Below are positions 25,441 to 40,914 of a stretch of DNA of 64,000 bases, piece after piece. The notes beneath the pieces were generated by a model. That model was given only the letters and a program-made list of their open reading frames with translations, had not been told where the DNA came from and made no database searches. The position numbers were made by a program, and so were the translations under genes. Source of the stretch: Octopus bimaculoides (taxonomy: Eukaryota); assembly GCF_001194135.2 (NCBI RefSeq), contig NC_068984.1:4214407-4278406 (forward strand), written 5' to 3'. The stretch's first letter is position 1. Every line of letters starts with the position of its first letter.

Positions 25441-25803
25441 TATCATCATCATCATTTAACGTCTGCTTTCCATGCTAGCTTGGGTTGGACGATTTGACTG
25501 GGGACTGGCAAACCAGATGGCTACACTAGACTCCAATCTGATCTGGCAGAGTTTCCACAGCTGGATGCTCTTCCTAATGCCAACCACTCCGAGAGTGTAG
25601 TGGGTGCTTTTTACATGCCACCAGCAAGAGGGCCTGTCCAGCGGTACTGGCAACGGCCACGCTCAAATGGTGTTTTTTACGTGCCACCTGCACAGGAGTC
25701 AGTCCAATGTTTTGTTCACATGCCACCGGCACAAGTGCCAGTAAGGCGAAGCTGGAAATGATCGCTCTCAAATGGTGCTTTTTACGTGCCACCGGCACGG
25801 AAG
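25441..25803 (-). mobile_element. RTE 3'UTR copy with 4 hairpin units
   Basis: Family tail plus repeated tttttacgtgccaccggcac units. Confidence 0.75.
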
Positions 25804-26825
25804 CGAATAATAATATAAGTGATATATAAATATATATGCATACATACACATGTATATGTACATCCATATATATGTATATACACATGCATATATGGGCACA
25901 AGACACAACAGAATGTAAACAACATGAAATATGAAAACAACATGAAATACGAAACCATGGCATACAAACTTTTTTTTGCAAACAATGAAAGAAACAAATG
26001 GAAAACAAGACAAGCAACATAAAAAAGAACGACCCTTCATATATATATTTATATATAGACAAACGGATAAAAGTAATATTGTCTTTGTTATCTTAGTCCT
26101 TGCAGTCCTAGTTCTTCTCATATTTCCCAAATGGTTGGTGTCCTATTAAAGACAGACGTTTGGTCCAAAGACAAAAGCAGTAATATCCAAAGTTAAATCC
26201 ATTGACTGTGGATGAGAAGAGTTGCTCATGCACCACCACAGTATATTAAGAAAATTATTGTTAGCAATATTCATTCATGCATATCTGTGTTTGTGCATGT
26301 GTGTAGACATATATTTATGTCTATCTATATATCTATCTCATCATCATCATCATCATTACCATCGCCATCATCATCATCGTCATTTAACATTCGCCTTCCA
26401 TGCTGGCATGGGTAGGACTCTTTGACANNNNNNNNNNCGCCTTCCATGCTGGCATGGGTAGGACTCTTTGACAGGAGCCTGCCAGGCAGAAGCCTACACC
26501 AGACTTCTGTGACTGTTTTTGGCAGGATTTTTACAGCTGGGTGCTCTTCCTAACTCCATCCATTCATATTCACCCGCACACACACACACACACACACACA
26601 TACGCATATATTAATAGTAATAGTATGACAACAAAAGAATGAATGAAACCTCGATATTATGTAAATAGAGGAATTTATCTGTAATATAATATGTGACAAT
26701 TATTCAGTTACCATAACAAAACTCTGAGTTTTTGTTTGTCTTAATAACCGATGAGATGCCGGAGCAGATTTCCGCCTCGACATCCGGAACTCGGAGTTTT
26801 ATTAAGGCAACCGAANNNNNNNNNN

Positions 26826-26870
<45 letters not shown>

Positions 26871-26884
26871 ATACACACACACAC

Positions 26885-27250
26885 ATCATCATTATATAAC
26901 ATCAGTTTTCCATGTTGGTATGGGTTGGACAGTTTGACAAGAGCTGTTAAGTCAGAAGACTACACAAAGCACCATTTGTCTGTTTTGGCCTGGTTTCTAT
27001 GGCAGGATGCCTTTTCCTAATGCCAACCACTTTACTGAGTATTCTGGGTACTTGTAACGGGGCACCAGCACCAGGCGGGTCACCAAGTAACTTGCAAGAC
27101 AAAACTGAAGGGAGGAATGGTTTTGAGAGAAATTGGCCTTGTACCAGGTGATGAGAGGTCTGAGTATGAATAGGACAGAAATAGGGGTCTTGCAGTGAAG
27201 GGGTTACATGGCTACCTCAGTTGGAGAGACAGACAGGCAGGGAATGCAAA
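26885..27250 (-). mobile_element. Older RTE-tail subfamily (gggtcaccaagtaacttgcaagac)
   Basis: Diverged family tail followed by a GA-rich stretch. Related copies lie near 1890-2290, 10400-10530 and 37400-37700. Confidence 0.5.
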
Positions 27251-27446
27251 AATGCTTTTAGTAATTGAAGTAGCTAAGAGAGACACTACAGTTCCATTAG
27301 GGGTCTGGTTAGGGGTCATAATCTAATCCCAAACTCTCTTAGAACCAACATAGAATTTGTCACCTGCTTTGTAATTTAGGGATGTAATGCATTGTTGGGT
27401 GAAGGTGAGAGATTAAGTAGGGAGAAGGAAATAGTTGATAATATAG

Positions 27447-27830
27447 GCACAGGTATGGCTGTGTGGTAAGGAGTTTGCTTCCCAATCAAATGGTTCCAGG
27501 TTCAATCCCACTGTGTGGCACCTTGGGCAAGTATCTTCTACTATAGCCTCCAGCCAACCAAAGCCTTGTGAGTGAATTTGGTAGATGGAAACTGAAAGAA
27601 GCCTATCATGTGTGTGTGTGTCCCACCACCACATGACAACTGGTGTTGTTGTACTTATATCCCTGTAACTTAGTGGTTCAGCAAAAGAGCCTGATAGAAT
27701 AAGTACCGGGCTTAAAAGAAAAGAAAAAAAGACATACTGGGGAGGGGTCAATTCATTCAACTAAACATTCTTCGGAGTGGTGCCCCAGCATGGCTACAGT
27801 CTAATGACTGAAACAAGTAAAAAAATAAAG
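27447..27830 (+). mobile_element. tRNA-head SINE family A, full length
   Basis: ggcacaggtatggctgtgtggtaag...ggttcaatccc...ccttgggcaagt...ccagcatggctacagtctaatgactgaaacaagtaaaa. Confidence 0.8.
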
Positions 27831-28299
27831 GATAAAGTATTGGTGTTGAAGAGAAGGACAAGGAGTGGGGAGAGGAGAAGATGGAGGAGGCAGTTTAAGT
27901 AATTCTAATGGTGGTGGTGTGTTAAGGTGCGAGAGAATCGGATGTGATTGTAATGACTGGTATTGCCAATGGCTAGACACCCCCCACTCCAACATATGTG
28001 CCAGTGGTGGCACATACGTGGGGATGGGAGTAGAACGCCAGTAGTGGAACATGTGATGTGGTAGCGATGTAATACCAGAGATGGCACACATGATGAGGTG
28101 ATGGTGGTAGTATTGGCGGCAGTGGTGGTGGTGGTGGCTGCGGTATGATGAGGGGCTGGAAACAGTCTTAATGAGGAATAGACAAAAAAAAAATGAGGAT
28201 TGTTATAACAATAACAGACTTTAAAACATTTTCATAAATATTTTGTAAATCTAAAAATATTTTTATCTCCATCCTTTTAAAACAAACGAACGAAATGAT

Positions 28300-28344
28300 A
28301 AAATAACAATAACAATAATAATAACAATAATAATAGTAATAATG

Positions 28345-28386
<42 letters not shown>
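28300..28386. repeat. (AAT)n microsatellite
   Basis: Direct reading of the sequence. Confidence 0.95.
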
Positions 28387-28387
<1 letters not shown>

Positions 28388-28989
28388 ATCAAAGTTGAAA
28401 GCTATAAAAATTTGATGTTTATTTTTGTAACCTTTTTATATATATATATGTATTTGTTTGTTATTTTAGTGTTTGCTGCCTTGACTAGACAAACAAACAA
28501 ACAAACAAACAGTATAAATGGTAAATAAACACTCCAAATATACAAACAAAAATAGGTTGGACAAAAAAAAAATATTAAAAAAAATAATGAAATAATATAA
28601 AAACAGATGAAAATAAATAAAATTAATAAACAAAGTAAAAAAAAATACTGTGGAGTTGGGGGAGGAGAGGGGGAAGATGGGTCGGTGGTGGAGGAGGTAA
28701 GAGAGCTTCCTTCTTTGTTTTCATTACTGCCACCACTCCTCGCTCACAGCCCAACCATCACTCCACTGCTACTCCACCACACACACACACACTCACGAGA
28801 GAACATATATACATATGCATATATGAATTTATGTGTTTATATATATATATGTATATATAGATATATATACATGTCTATATGTGTGTGTCTGTGTATCTGT
28901 GTATATATTTATATATATCCGTGTTTGTGTGTGTATATAAATTAATATATGTATCTATCTGTCTATATATATGTGTATATATGTATATT

Positions 28990-29037
<48 letters not shown>

Positions 29038-29069
29038 NNNNNNNNNNNNNNNNNNNNNNNNNNNNNNNN

Positions 29070-29101
<32 letters not shown>

Positions 29102-29206
29102 TTAGATATGTGTGTGTTTATATATATATATCAATAAAAGATATATATACATCAATAATATATATTAATATATATATCTATATATATGTCTACATTAATT
29201 TTTAGC

Positions 29207-29267
<61 letters not shown>

Positions 29268-29424
29268 TATGTGTATTTATACATTGAGAGAGAGAGTGAG
29301 AGAGAAGTGTTAGCAATATTGATTATCTATTTTCTTGCAGAAGACCATTTTTCTGTCACTTGTCTGATAAATAGCCAGCATCATCTACAGCACAGGTCAA
29401 AGGTTGTCTTATTTGTATGGTCCC

Positions 29425-29484
<60 letters not shown>

Positions 29485-29606
29485 GAAGCACAAATATATA
29501 TAGACACACGCACACACACATATATATATGCATATACATAGATACTCATGAACAAATATATACAGATGTATTTTACCTATATATGTGCATACACACACGT
29601 GCACAC

Positions 29607-29651
<45 letters not shown>

Positions 29652-29870
29652 CTATATCTATATATGCATATAAATGTTTAAATAAAGTTATTATTTTGAA
29701 GCTAGTGTAAGAACACCACCAGAATATTTCCAACTCAATCATGAGAATAGAGTCTAAATTATTAAAGACATCAAATTGACTGGGAGTTGAGTTTCAACTC
29801 TCACTTCCTTTTCCAACCACACTGAATAAGGGGAAAGGCAAAACCTGAAGTTTCAGTCAATCTGAATTTT

Positions 29871-29910
<40 letters not shown>

Positions 29911-30096
29911 CAGAGTATATAATTTTTTATAAAAATTATAATAAAGGCAAACTACATGGTAGTGCCACATGCTAGATGTAAAATCTGGCACTAACATGTA
30001 TCTCGGCCTTAAAAATTTTATATTCTGTATTAATTTATACTGAAAAGGTTTCACATTCTAGCTACCTGATAAAATCCTACATAGATTTTGTTCTTC

Positions 30097-30160
<64 letters not shown>

Positions 30161-30162
30161 TG

Positions 30163-30193
<31 letters not shown>

Positions 30194-31054
30194 ACAGTCC
30201 CAGATTCAGCCGTAGTATGTGGCACTTTGGGCTAGTGTTGTCTCCTGTAGCTCGAAGCCAACCAAAGTAAATGGATTTTGTTGACAGAAACTGCAAAGAA
30301 GTTCAATGTGTATACATATATCATCATCGTTTAACGTCCACCTTCCACACTTAATAATAATAAAGAGTATGGAGACTTGTACATCCACAAAATTCATTTC
30401 ATAGTCATTATATACAGCATATTATAATGACCTACACGTGTTTCTGCTGCGGTGACTAATCACTGCTGCAAATGCAACCCTGCCATATTGTCCTCCACCT
30501 CCCACAGAACACTAACAAAAATTTACTTCAATCACTTGTTCACTTTGAGGCTGACCAAATGGACAGTCCCGGATGAAGTTGCACCAACAATATTGCAGAC
30601 AGTTTATACTGTCCAGTAAAGAGTACATGGAATTACACATCGGAAGAAGTTTCTGAGCAACTAACAACTGATCTTAGTCACAGACATTAGATACTGATTG
30701 TTGTGGTTAGCCATTAACTGAGAGCTAATATGGTATCTGCTCGGATAAGATATCCTTCCAAACTCGCTTTTATATATGTGTATATACATATATAAATGAC
30801 TCAAAATTGCACACAAAGAAACAAAAAACAGGAGAAAGAATAACAAACAAGTTGTATTAGTTTAATATCAGGGAAAATGGGAGAGTCTTTGACATGTCGA
30901 ACCTAAACTTTTCTACAGAGAGGAATGACGAAAGGAAGCAATGGAGAGAGGGGAAAAAACAAATGAGAGAAAAAAAATGTGTCTTGTCTAGATACACTTA
31001 CACACAAACACATACGTTTATACATATATACAATACACATGTACACAAGCTGGC

Positions 31055-31268
31055 AGAATCATTAGCACGCCAGGCGAAATATCTAGCGGTATTTTGTCTG
31101 TCTTTATGTTCTGAGTTCAAATTCCACTGAGGTCGACTTTGCCTTTTATCCTTTTGGGATTGATTAAATAAGTACCAGTTATGCACTGGGATCAATGTAA
31201 TCAACTTAATCCATTTGTCTGTCCTTGTTTATCCCCTCTGTGTGTAGCCCCCTGTAAGCAATAAAGAA
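31055..31268 (+). mobile_element. Family B SINE
   Basis: gctggcagaatcattagcacgccaggcgaaat...gagttcaaattcc...aagtaccagtt. Confidence 0.78.
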
Positions 31269-31619
31269 ATATATATACAATACACACACACAAACACACG
31301 CATTGAGGATATACTCTTATACACCTTCGATACTATCCTTTCTCATTTTCCCCCATGGGATATCCATGTATCTCATCTTGAGCAAGACCCTTGTTCCTGT
31401 CCATCTGTCTTAATTTAGCCTTTCTGCCATTGGCACAAAGCCACATCCCCCTACTCTGTAAACTGAGTGGTATTAGAAAAGGCACCCAGCTATAGAAATC
31501 TTCCCAAAATAGACATTGGAGACAAGCATGGCATGTCACCCTATGATCCAAGGTACTTTTGAGTGGGCTGGTTATGTGACACTGGTGTAGGTTACAGCTG
31601 TGAACTCATCTATTCTAAT

Positions 31620-32010
31620 TCTGTTTGTAACCTATTGAGCTATAACTTTCGCCATAACTTTCATGACCTGGTCCAGCAATTAGATACCTCTGGGATTCTT
31701 TCTATCTAAGGCATCTCCTTTACCCTTGTAACAGCTGACTATAATGCTGCTACCCCAGTCATTGGGGATGACACCTTCCTGAATAACCTGATTAATTTTA
31801 TGGGTAACTAGACCTTATCCTACACCACCAAATGTTTTAAGTATCTCAACAGAGATTCCTGATGAACCAAGGGCATCTTCTGTCTTTGTACCTTTGTTTG
31901 TATCATCATGCTGCTATCACCTAGGATAGCTGGTCCCTCTGCTGGGTTCACATTGGGAAGCCTCCCTTTCTTCCATACATTCTCCACATTGAATAGCCTT
32001 TCATTGTAGC
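31620..32010 (-). mobile_element. RTE LINE fragment (linker and start of RT domain)
   Basis: Minus-strand translation gives YNERLFNVENVW...LPNVNPAEGPAI and, after a frameshift, GVIPNDWGSSIIVSCYKGKGDALDRKNPRGI*LLDQVMKV. Confidence 0.75.
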
Positions 32011-32324
32011 CCTTCATGGTGACATCTACCCTAGCCTGGAAAGTATCCAGGACCTCGAGGCAGTGATTGGGGGGACTGAGAAGTGTGGCGGGTAGACTTT
32101 GTTGCTGTGGCCTGAGTTGGAACCCGGCCATAATACATAATGCCTCAAACTAGGTAGGACTTACTTTGTTGCTCCAAATGATATCAAAGATGATGATACC
32201 AGTAATACTGAAGTCAAGACCCAGCATCCCTCTTTGGTGAAGTTTGGTTTTATGAAGATACTCGTAAAGTTAAACCCCTGTAACAAACCTGGTAGAGTAA
32301 GGCACAGAAAGATGGTAGTTAGGG

Positions 32325-32925
32325 TGGTGGCTGGAGTGGTAAGAAGCTTGCTTGCCAACCACATGGTTCCAGGTTCAGTCCCACTGCATGGCACCTTAGG
32401 CAAGTGTCTTCTACTATAGCCTCGGGTTGACCAAAGCTTTGTGAGTGGATTTGGTAGACGGAAACTGAAAGAAGCCTGTCATATATATATGTGTGTGTGT
32501 GTGTGTGTGTCTTTGTGTCTGTGTTTGTTGCCCCCATCATTGCTTGACAACCGATGTTGGTGTGTTTACGTCCCATGTAATTTAGCGGTTCAGCAAAAGA
32601 AACTGATAGAATAAGTACTAGGCTTAGAAACAATAAGTCCTGGGGTCGATTTGTTCAACTAAAGGTGGTGCTCCAGCATGGCCACAGTCAAATGACTGAA
32701 ACAAATAAAGGAATATACACGAACTTATTCCATATTTGTATTACCTTTTTAGGTTTTATCACCTTTTATTTGTGTATATTTTATAATGTTGGGTGTTACC
32801 ATTGGGTGCCCCTTTGTTCTAATATATATTTATATTCGTTTTACGATAATATGGAAATGTTATAATGTTGTTTTAACCAATTGGAGTGTTTATTCATCAT
32901 ACTTTTCAATTTATATGTATACGTG

Positions 32926-32964
<39 letters not shown>

Positions 32965-33135
32965 GCCTGAAGTTTGTCTGCTACCATCACTTGACAACTG
33001 GTATTGGTACGTTTACATCCCTGTAACTTAGCGGTTTGGCAAAAGAAGCAATAAAATAAGTACCTCAATTCATTTGACTAAAATTCTTCATGGCAATGCT
33101 CTAGCATGGCTGCAGTCTAATGACTGAAACAAGTA
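32325..33135 (+). mobile_element. Family A SINE (32325-32710) plus a second 3'-half copy (about 32965-33135)
   Basis: Same head, body and tail motifs as the other family A copies. Confidence 0.75.
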
Positions 33136-34129
33136 GAAGATAAAAAATTATTAAACTGGTTCTTGCCGTCGACATCTAACCCCTATTTCACCATTTTGGG
33201 TATTGTGTTCCTTAGCGTTTAAGTACCTGCTTGAAGGATTGAATATCTGGTTACCTGCCTATGTAGGGCATTTGAAAGCAGGGTACCAAAGGACTGGTAC
33301 CCCACTTTTACTGAGGAGTTACCCCCCTCCTCCCCTGGACTGGACAGTACTCCATCACAGGTCACCTTCTGGTAGGAGGGACTGAACCTGATACTCCACG
33401 GTATCCACTGCAGTTTGATCTCTGTACCAGGAGGAATGCGTCGGTATATATTTGTGAAATATTCGAAACCATGATAACTATTGAGTGTGTTAGTAAAGAG
33501 GAGGAGGAGGAGGAGGGGGGGAGGAGGAAGAAGAAGAGGAGGAGGGGGAGGAGGAGGTTTGGTGGGGTGTCAGTGTTTGATAGAAGAACAAATGAATGCA
33601 GCAGACATCAGAAGTTGGGAAAACATTAGTCTTTAACTGAAGACTCGAAGACATTCAAAGAAACAAAGAAAAAAAAAATTGCAGCAGCTTCAACAACAAT
33701 AACAACAACAAGATCAAATGAAAGTAAGAATGAAGAATGAAGAAACAAAACAAACCCCACACTGGTGCTCCAGTCTGGCCATGACTATAATGATTTACAG
33801 CTTCTAAATAACTGAAGACAACTTAAGTATGTGTGTGTGTGTGGGGGTGAGAGAGAGAGAGAAAGAGAGTGTGTGTGTGTGTGTGTGTCTGAAGAAAGTT
33901 TTGTCTGACCCATGCAAGCATAGAAAAGTAGACAAAAGTAAAATCAGTGATGATAAGCGTGTGTGTATGTAAGTAAATATGTGCATATGCACACACACAC
34001 ACACACACATATACACATATATATGTCTTCATATAGAGATATGCTCACATCCAAACACATGCGTACGTGTGTATGTATGTGCATGTGTATATGAATATAT
34101 ATTTATATGTATATGTGTACATCTGCACA

Positions 34130-34565
<436 letters not shown>

Positions 34566-35386
34566 ATCTCACATGGTATCATATACCTATTATCAAGTGA
34601 AAGCATTTTATTATTCATGACTTCTCGTTTCTCTCTGTCTCCCATTCATGTCCACTTCTGATGGATTAGTCCAACTCCAAGTTGTATTGATCTTCCACCA
34701 CTAACCTTTGGGCCTATCAATTTTGATTGATTAATTTATATTTCTGTCATTGTTTCTCAGTCTTCCGATATATCACATCAAATCTCATTGACAGATGTTA
34801 GCCAACCCTTCTTCGCCCACTTCACCTCACAGGATAGAATTTGCATAAAATATTTATTATTGAGATTTCAGACGTTAAACAGCCATTCGGTTAATTGAAA
34901 ATACAAAATATGATTTCTTCTTCTTCGTAGATCTACCCTGCTCCTGCAATGATTTTGTGTTTTTTAAAGAGGTGTCATGTGTAGCATGCTTCTCATCTCA
35001 CCCTCGCCATTATCCACTTAGAGGCCATTATTTCATGTTGCTATGGGGTCGAACAGGTGTGTAACACACCCACACACCCCCTTGCTTTCCTCTTCACCTG
35101 GTGTCTTGAGGGGCTCAAAGATGAGGTCATCACTAATATCTGAAATGGTGTGTCAGGTAATGAAACCTGGTCCCCCATCTGTGAGTGGTTCTACCGAGAA
35201 ACCTTTATGGTGTCGCAAGGTGGAATTGGTGACATTAAAAGACAAAACTGAATAGGAATCCACTTGGTTTGTTAATCTCTACAGACCTTCCATCAGCCAA
35301 GTCATTAGCAAACTGTTCCCTCTCACTTGTTTGTTGATTGAGTCTTGCTTTAGTATTTTTACCATCATTGCTATTGAGACTGCTGC

Positions 35387-35418
<32 letters not shown>

Positions 35419-35563
35419 ACAGTAGTGGTGGTGGTGGTGGTGGTATAGTGGCCTGTTACAAGTTGTGCCTGTGACAACTTAAACATCATAGAAACCTCAT
35501 CAAAAAGGAGTTAGCAAATATCTTTTTTTTTAGTAAAATATGAAGATTACACACACGCATGTG

Positions 35564-35620
<57 letters not shown>

Positions 35621-36514
35621 TAACTGCAGGTTGATACAATACGGCAGCTTTCTTTTTGAGCTTGGAGCCTTTTCTCATAAAAACACAATACACTAACTAC
35701 CGCAAACTTTTGTACCTCACTACCACCGACACCACCACCACCACCACCACTGCCACCACTAACAACACCAGCCGCTACCATAACCACCACCAACAACCAA
35801 CACCTCCACCATCACCACCTGCTGCAGCATTACAACAACAACAACAACAATGATAATAATAATAGTTATAATAATAATAATAATAGGAGTCCATTATAGA
35901 AATACTGGAGCTGTAAATAAAAGCTTTAGATGTTTATTTCTTTTATCTACTGTTTGATAAATGATAAAAGATAAGAGACATTCTCTCCACAGGTCTAGCC
36001 ATCATCATCATCATCATCATCATCATCTGCAGCAGCAATAACAACAATGTTCTCTGCTGAAGTAAATCCATTTAATACTCCATGGGAAGGATTTACAGCA
36101 GACATCATGGCCTTTACATTGATCAAACTCATCATCACACCAGCGCAATACTAGTCGTTATTATTGTAGTTGTTAATAATAATAATAATAATAATAATAA
36201 TGATAATAATAATAATGATAATAATAATTGCTATAGTTGTTATTGGTGTGAGTATTATTCTCATATCAGGGAACTGTGTGGCAGTTACCTGTACTCTTTT
36301 CAGACATTGAGTATCTAGGACTACATCATCTAACTAACGACCCTAGAATATGATGTGAGGGAGATTTGACTGCTATTTCTTATAGGCATATTTGGACAGC
36401 TTGAGGGGTCCCTATAATTGTGATACCCTTGAGAAGCCATCAGCGATTGTAATGGCTAAGGTTTATTGATTGGCTGATAGTCTCACCTATTTTTTATTAC
36501 AGGTAGCAAGAATG

Positions 36515-36566
<52 letters not shown>

Positions 36567-38541
36567 GTGTGTGTGTGTGTGTATGCACAGATGCACATAC
36601 ATATAGGTAGATTTGTATATGTATAGAGGTGTGAAATTGTGTAGGCAATGGAATTATTGTTATAAAATTAGAACATTTTGAAGGAATTGGAGGGTCTTGA
36701 GTTAATGGAGATAATGGTGATTAGAATTTTTGTTGATTAGTTGTTGACGAATGTGTGTGTTTGTGTGTACATGATATTTTGCTTGTTTCGGTTGAATTAT
36801 CAAATCAACTAAGCAAAACCACCCTGTACACCCGCCTCTCAACAAGCAGGAAATCAAAAGCATATAAATGAAAATATGAAATGACCACCTCCTATGAAAC
36901 TATCTACAAAAACCCCTCAACCATAAAAACATTAGTGGATGACTGGTGTAATTTGACAAACTTTGTTTTCATGTAAACAAGTAAGTCTAATGACATCATG
37001 GCCATACATACTCCCCACCCCACCCACCATATTTTGAGCCATACTCCCCACCCACCATATTTTGACAATCATGGTGTACACTGTAAAGAATTTCATAAAT
37101 AATTTTTATTAGGAAAAGGCTGACAGTAACTTTGAAGTTTTACCGTGTCCACCATCATCAGACTGGTTTACTCTGGTTGTTTCTGCCTTTATATACTTTT
37201 TGGGTGGTTGTTCATCTGGCAGGTGGAGTATTGTGAATGAGAATTAGGTGTGGAAGGGAGTGGAAGTAGTAATGTATGGAGTGGGGAATAGAGAATGATA
37301 GAACAAAGTATCTCTTTTTAGGGTGTAAGTTGTGAGAAAGGTATGGTGGGGAGAGTTATTCCAGTTTGGAAGAGTCTTTAATGTTATAAATGTCATCACT
37401 ATCATCATCATCATCCAATCTATACTTTCCATGTAAGCATAGGTCACATGATGATTTGATGCGATCCAATGAGCTAAAGAACTGTGTCAAGCTCCAATAT
37501 CAGTTTTAGCATTGTTCTAGGGTCAGAAGCACTTCTTAGCGCCAACCACTTTGCAGTGTCTACTGGATGACATTGCTCATGCCACCAGCAGTGGTGAGAT
37601 CTCCAAGTAGCTTACAAGAGAAGGAAAAGCTTCCTGGATTCAGTGGAGTATTTGAGAGAGGTGGGGTAGCCTTAGATCAGGTGTTGGTAGGGTAAAGTAT
37701 GATAGAGGGACAAACACAGGCGTCTTGCTAAAGAGAATGTATATATATGTATGTGTGTATATATATATGTGTGCATGTATATATGTATGTGTATATATAT
37801 ATATATGTCTGTATTATATATATATATGTGTGTGTGTATGTATGTATGTATGTATGTATATATATATATATATAAATATATATGTATGCATGCATGTATA
37901 TATATATGCATGTATATATATACATACATATATGTATGTGTATATATGTGTGTGTGTATTTATGTATGTATATTCACAGTGTTCCTTTAGTATTTAAATG
38001 ATATACACCATTTTTATGTTCTACTTTTAGAATTTTGTTTATATTCTTTTATTCTTTTACTTGTTTCAGTCATTTGACTGTGACCATGCTACAGCACTGC
38101 CTTATATATATATATATCTAAATATAAATATATATTATATATTATATATATATTGCTATTTTGGTGTGAATCTATATATTGGAAAGACCTTAAGACTCTC
38201 CCCAGACCTCTATCATTAGCTGGTTTTGCCAAAGGGACTTCTGAATTAGACACAATACGCACACACATGTTTACTTGGCTGGCTGTGTGTATACACAGAC
38301 ACAAGCACGCATCACTTCACATACACATCACCACAAACCTAAATGTAAATAGTCATATATTTATATGTCTTCTTATAAATATTGATAAATATTTTTCTCT
38401 CGTGATATTGTTACTTCGAAGCTGATGTAAATATATTTGGGCAGAAACACGTACGTATAAAATCTAGTCTCTATATTCCTATAAACACTTCTTAGAATAG
38501 CTTTGTCAATAGTTTATATTATGTATTACATTATGCATTCA

Positions 38542-38578
<37 letters not shown>

Positions 38579-39045
38579 CTATATCTATATTCTTTTCTAT
38601 TTTATTCATGTCTGTCTGTCTGTCTATCTATTGATCTAATTATATTTATATTAATGTTTGTTTTTATGTTTTATTAAAAACAATTTTACAATAAATTGGG
38701 GGATTACTCAATACATTTGGTAGAGTATAAATTTATTGTTCTTTAACAAGAATAATATTGACAATGACTATGTAGTTTCAGCCTCCTAAGTCATCATCCG
38801 ATGGCTTAACAGGCTGAAATTTTGAAGTCACTGTCAAAACATCACATAAATAGATAAATATCTGTCTGTCTGTCCATCCATCTGTCGGTTTGTCTATCTA
38901 AACGTNNNNNNNNNNNNNNNNNNNNNNNNNNNNNNNNNNNNNNNNNNNNNNNNNNNNNNNNNNNNNNNNNNNNNNNNNNNNNNNNNNNNNNNNNNNNNNN
39001 NNNNNNNNNNNNNNNNNNNNNNNNNNNNNNNNNNNNNNNNNNNNN

Positions 39046-39207
39046 GTCTGTCCATCTCCCCGTCTGTCTGTCTGTCCATCTCCCCGTCTGCCTATCTATC
39101 TCTCTACCTATCTATCTCTCTACCTATCTATCTATCTATCTACCTACCTGTCTGTCTTTCTATCTATCTATCTATCTTTCTACCTACCTACCTATCTATC
39201 TATCTAC

Positions 39208-39264
<57 letters not shown>

Positions 39265-39275
39265 CATCCATCTAT
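39046..39275. repeat. (CTAT)n/(CTGT)n/(CTAC)n tetranucleotide tract
   Basis: Direct reading of the sequence. Confidence 0.95.
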
Positions 39276-39745
39276 GCATACATATAAATGTTTGTGTTTA
39301 TATGAAGTTATATATAAAAGCAATTTAACATTAAACTCAAGGATCACTCAACACACTTAAGCAGAGTTCATGTTTATTAAACATTTACAAGGAAAATATT
39401 GACAATGACATTCAAAGTTTCAGCTTTTGCTCACCTTTGTCAGACTATGCGCATGCACATGTACATACATACATACATATTAGGTGCTCTCTTGTATACG
39501 AGCAAAGCCACTGCTAGAAAGAATCATTGAAATGAGTCATTGATGATGCAATGTGAGTCCCTTATATGACTCTTGAGCACTCGGCCCACTCTACAGAGTG
39601 GCTGGTGTTCAGAAGGGCAACCAGCTGTAAAATCCCTGCCAAAACGGACACAGAATCATGGTGCAGGTTCCTACCTGGTCAACTCTTGTTAAACCGTCCA
39701 ACCCATGCCAGCATGGAAGGAAGACTTTAAACAATGACGATGATG

Positions 39746-39792
<47 letters not shown>

Positions 39793-40914
39793 TTACACAC
39801 ACACTCACACATATGTATGTTTGTTCCATTGTTGTTACCTGTAATAAAAGATAGGTGAGATTATCACCCAATCAATAAATCCTAGCCATTACAATCACTG
39901 ATGGCTTCTCAGGGGTACCACAATTATATGGACCCTCAAGAAGTTCACAGATGCCTATAAGAAATAGCAATCAAATTTTTTTCCCCTAATCATATCCCAG
40001 GGTGTCTTCTGAATCAGATTTGACTTAGGGCTAAAGAACAACCCCCACATGTCCCATAGCACTAAAGCTTCATTGCAAATGTTTCCTTTTTCACTGCCCC
40101 AAACTGATTTCACTTTCATCATTTCACCTGTTTTATGTTTGAAATCCTTAAGCCTACCCTTAGCCCCCTATTAAACTCTTCTTTTGTCCCACCTAATTCT
40201 GTAAATCTCTTTTTATGTGTCAGAATATTTTAAAGGCACCAAACACAGAGTTTTTCTATTCCCTGTTTAGGAAACTGAAAGTTCTATAAATTCTTTTCCT
40301 TCTCTCCAAATTAATTGATGAAATAAATATAACAAAGAATGTACAAAAGAAAACTTCATTTATCTTAGAAAGAATATCTTTTTACTATTAGAAACCCGAG
40401 TTCTTTGAAAACCACTTATTATCATGATCCTTGTTCCCTTGACAACAATTAATTAGATGCTCAGTGTCACATGATATGTCGACTATCTCTGGCGCTGCTC
40501 CACTCATGTGGTCCTTAATGTAAGTCATTCCAAGTCTTCAGACGGTTCCTTTTTATAACACAGTCTTGAAATACATTGAAATTGTTTCTTATTACCAATC
40601 CACTTTGAAATATCAGCATCTCCTTATCTGTTGTTGACAAAAATGTTCTTTTAGACAGACATTAATTTGTGAGAGTAACAACATTTGGCCTGAAGAATTG
40701 GTCATTTGATTCTCATCACCTGTGTAATGTTGATTCTAAAGAATCTTAGCTTGTAATGATCCAATTCACTGAGACGTAAACAATCTTAGGCAATGTTCCT
40801 GCTCTCTACTCAATGTCTGCATTGTTGGTTCTCAGAATGAAATTCACCATTTAAAGAGAACCTCAGTTCATAGCAGGGTTTCTTCTGCTGAATTTATTCA
40901 AAAAGTTTCTATTC

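Noticed and set aside
25600-25803. Repeat-spacer arrays with palindromic repeats resembling CRISPR
   Set aside because: The 'spacers' are homologous to each other, the arrays lie inside RTE 3'UTRs in a eukaryotic genome, and there are no cas genes.
26388-26470. Direct duplication cgccttccatgctggcatgggtaggactctttgaca on both sides of a 10-N gap
   Set aside because: This is typical of an unmerged contig overlap (assembly artefact).
35032-35139. Minus-strand reading DISDDLIFEPLKTPGEEESKGVCGCVTHLFDPIAT* as a terminal exon
   Set aside because: No homolog was recognised. It is retained only as part of the speculative exon-chain finding.
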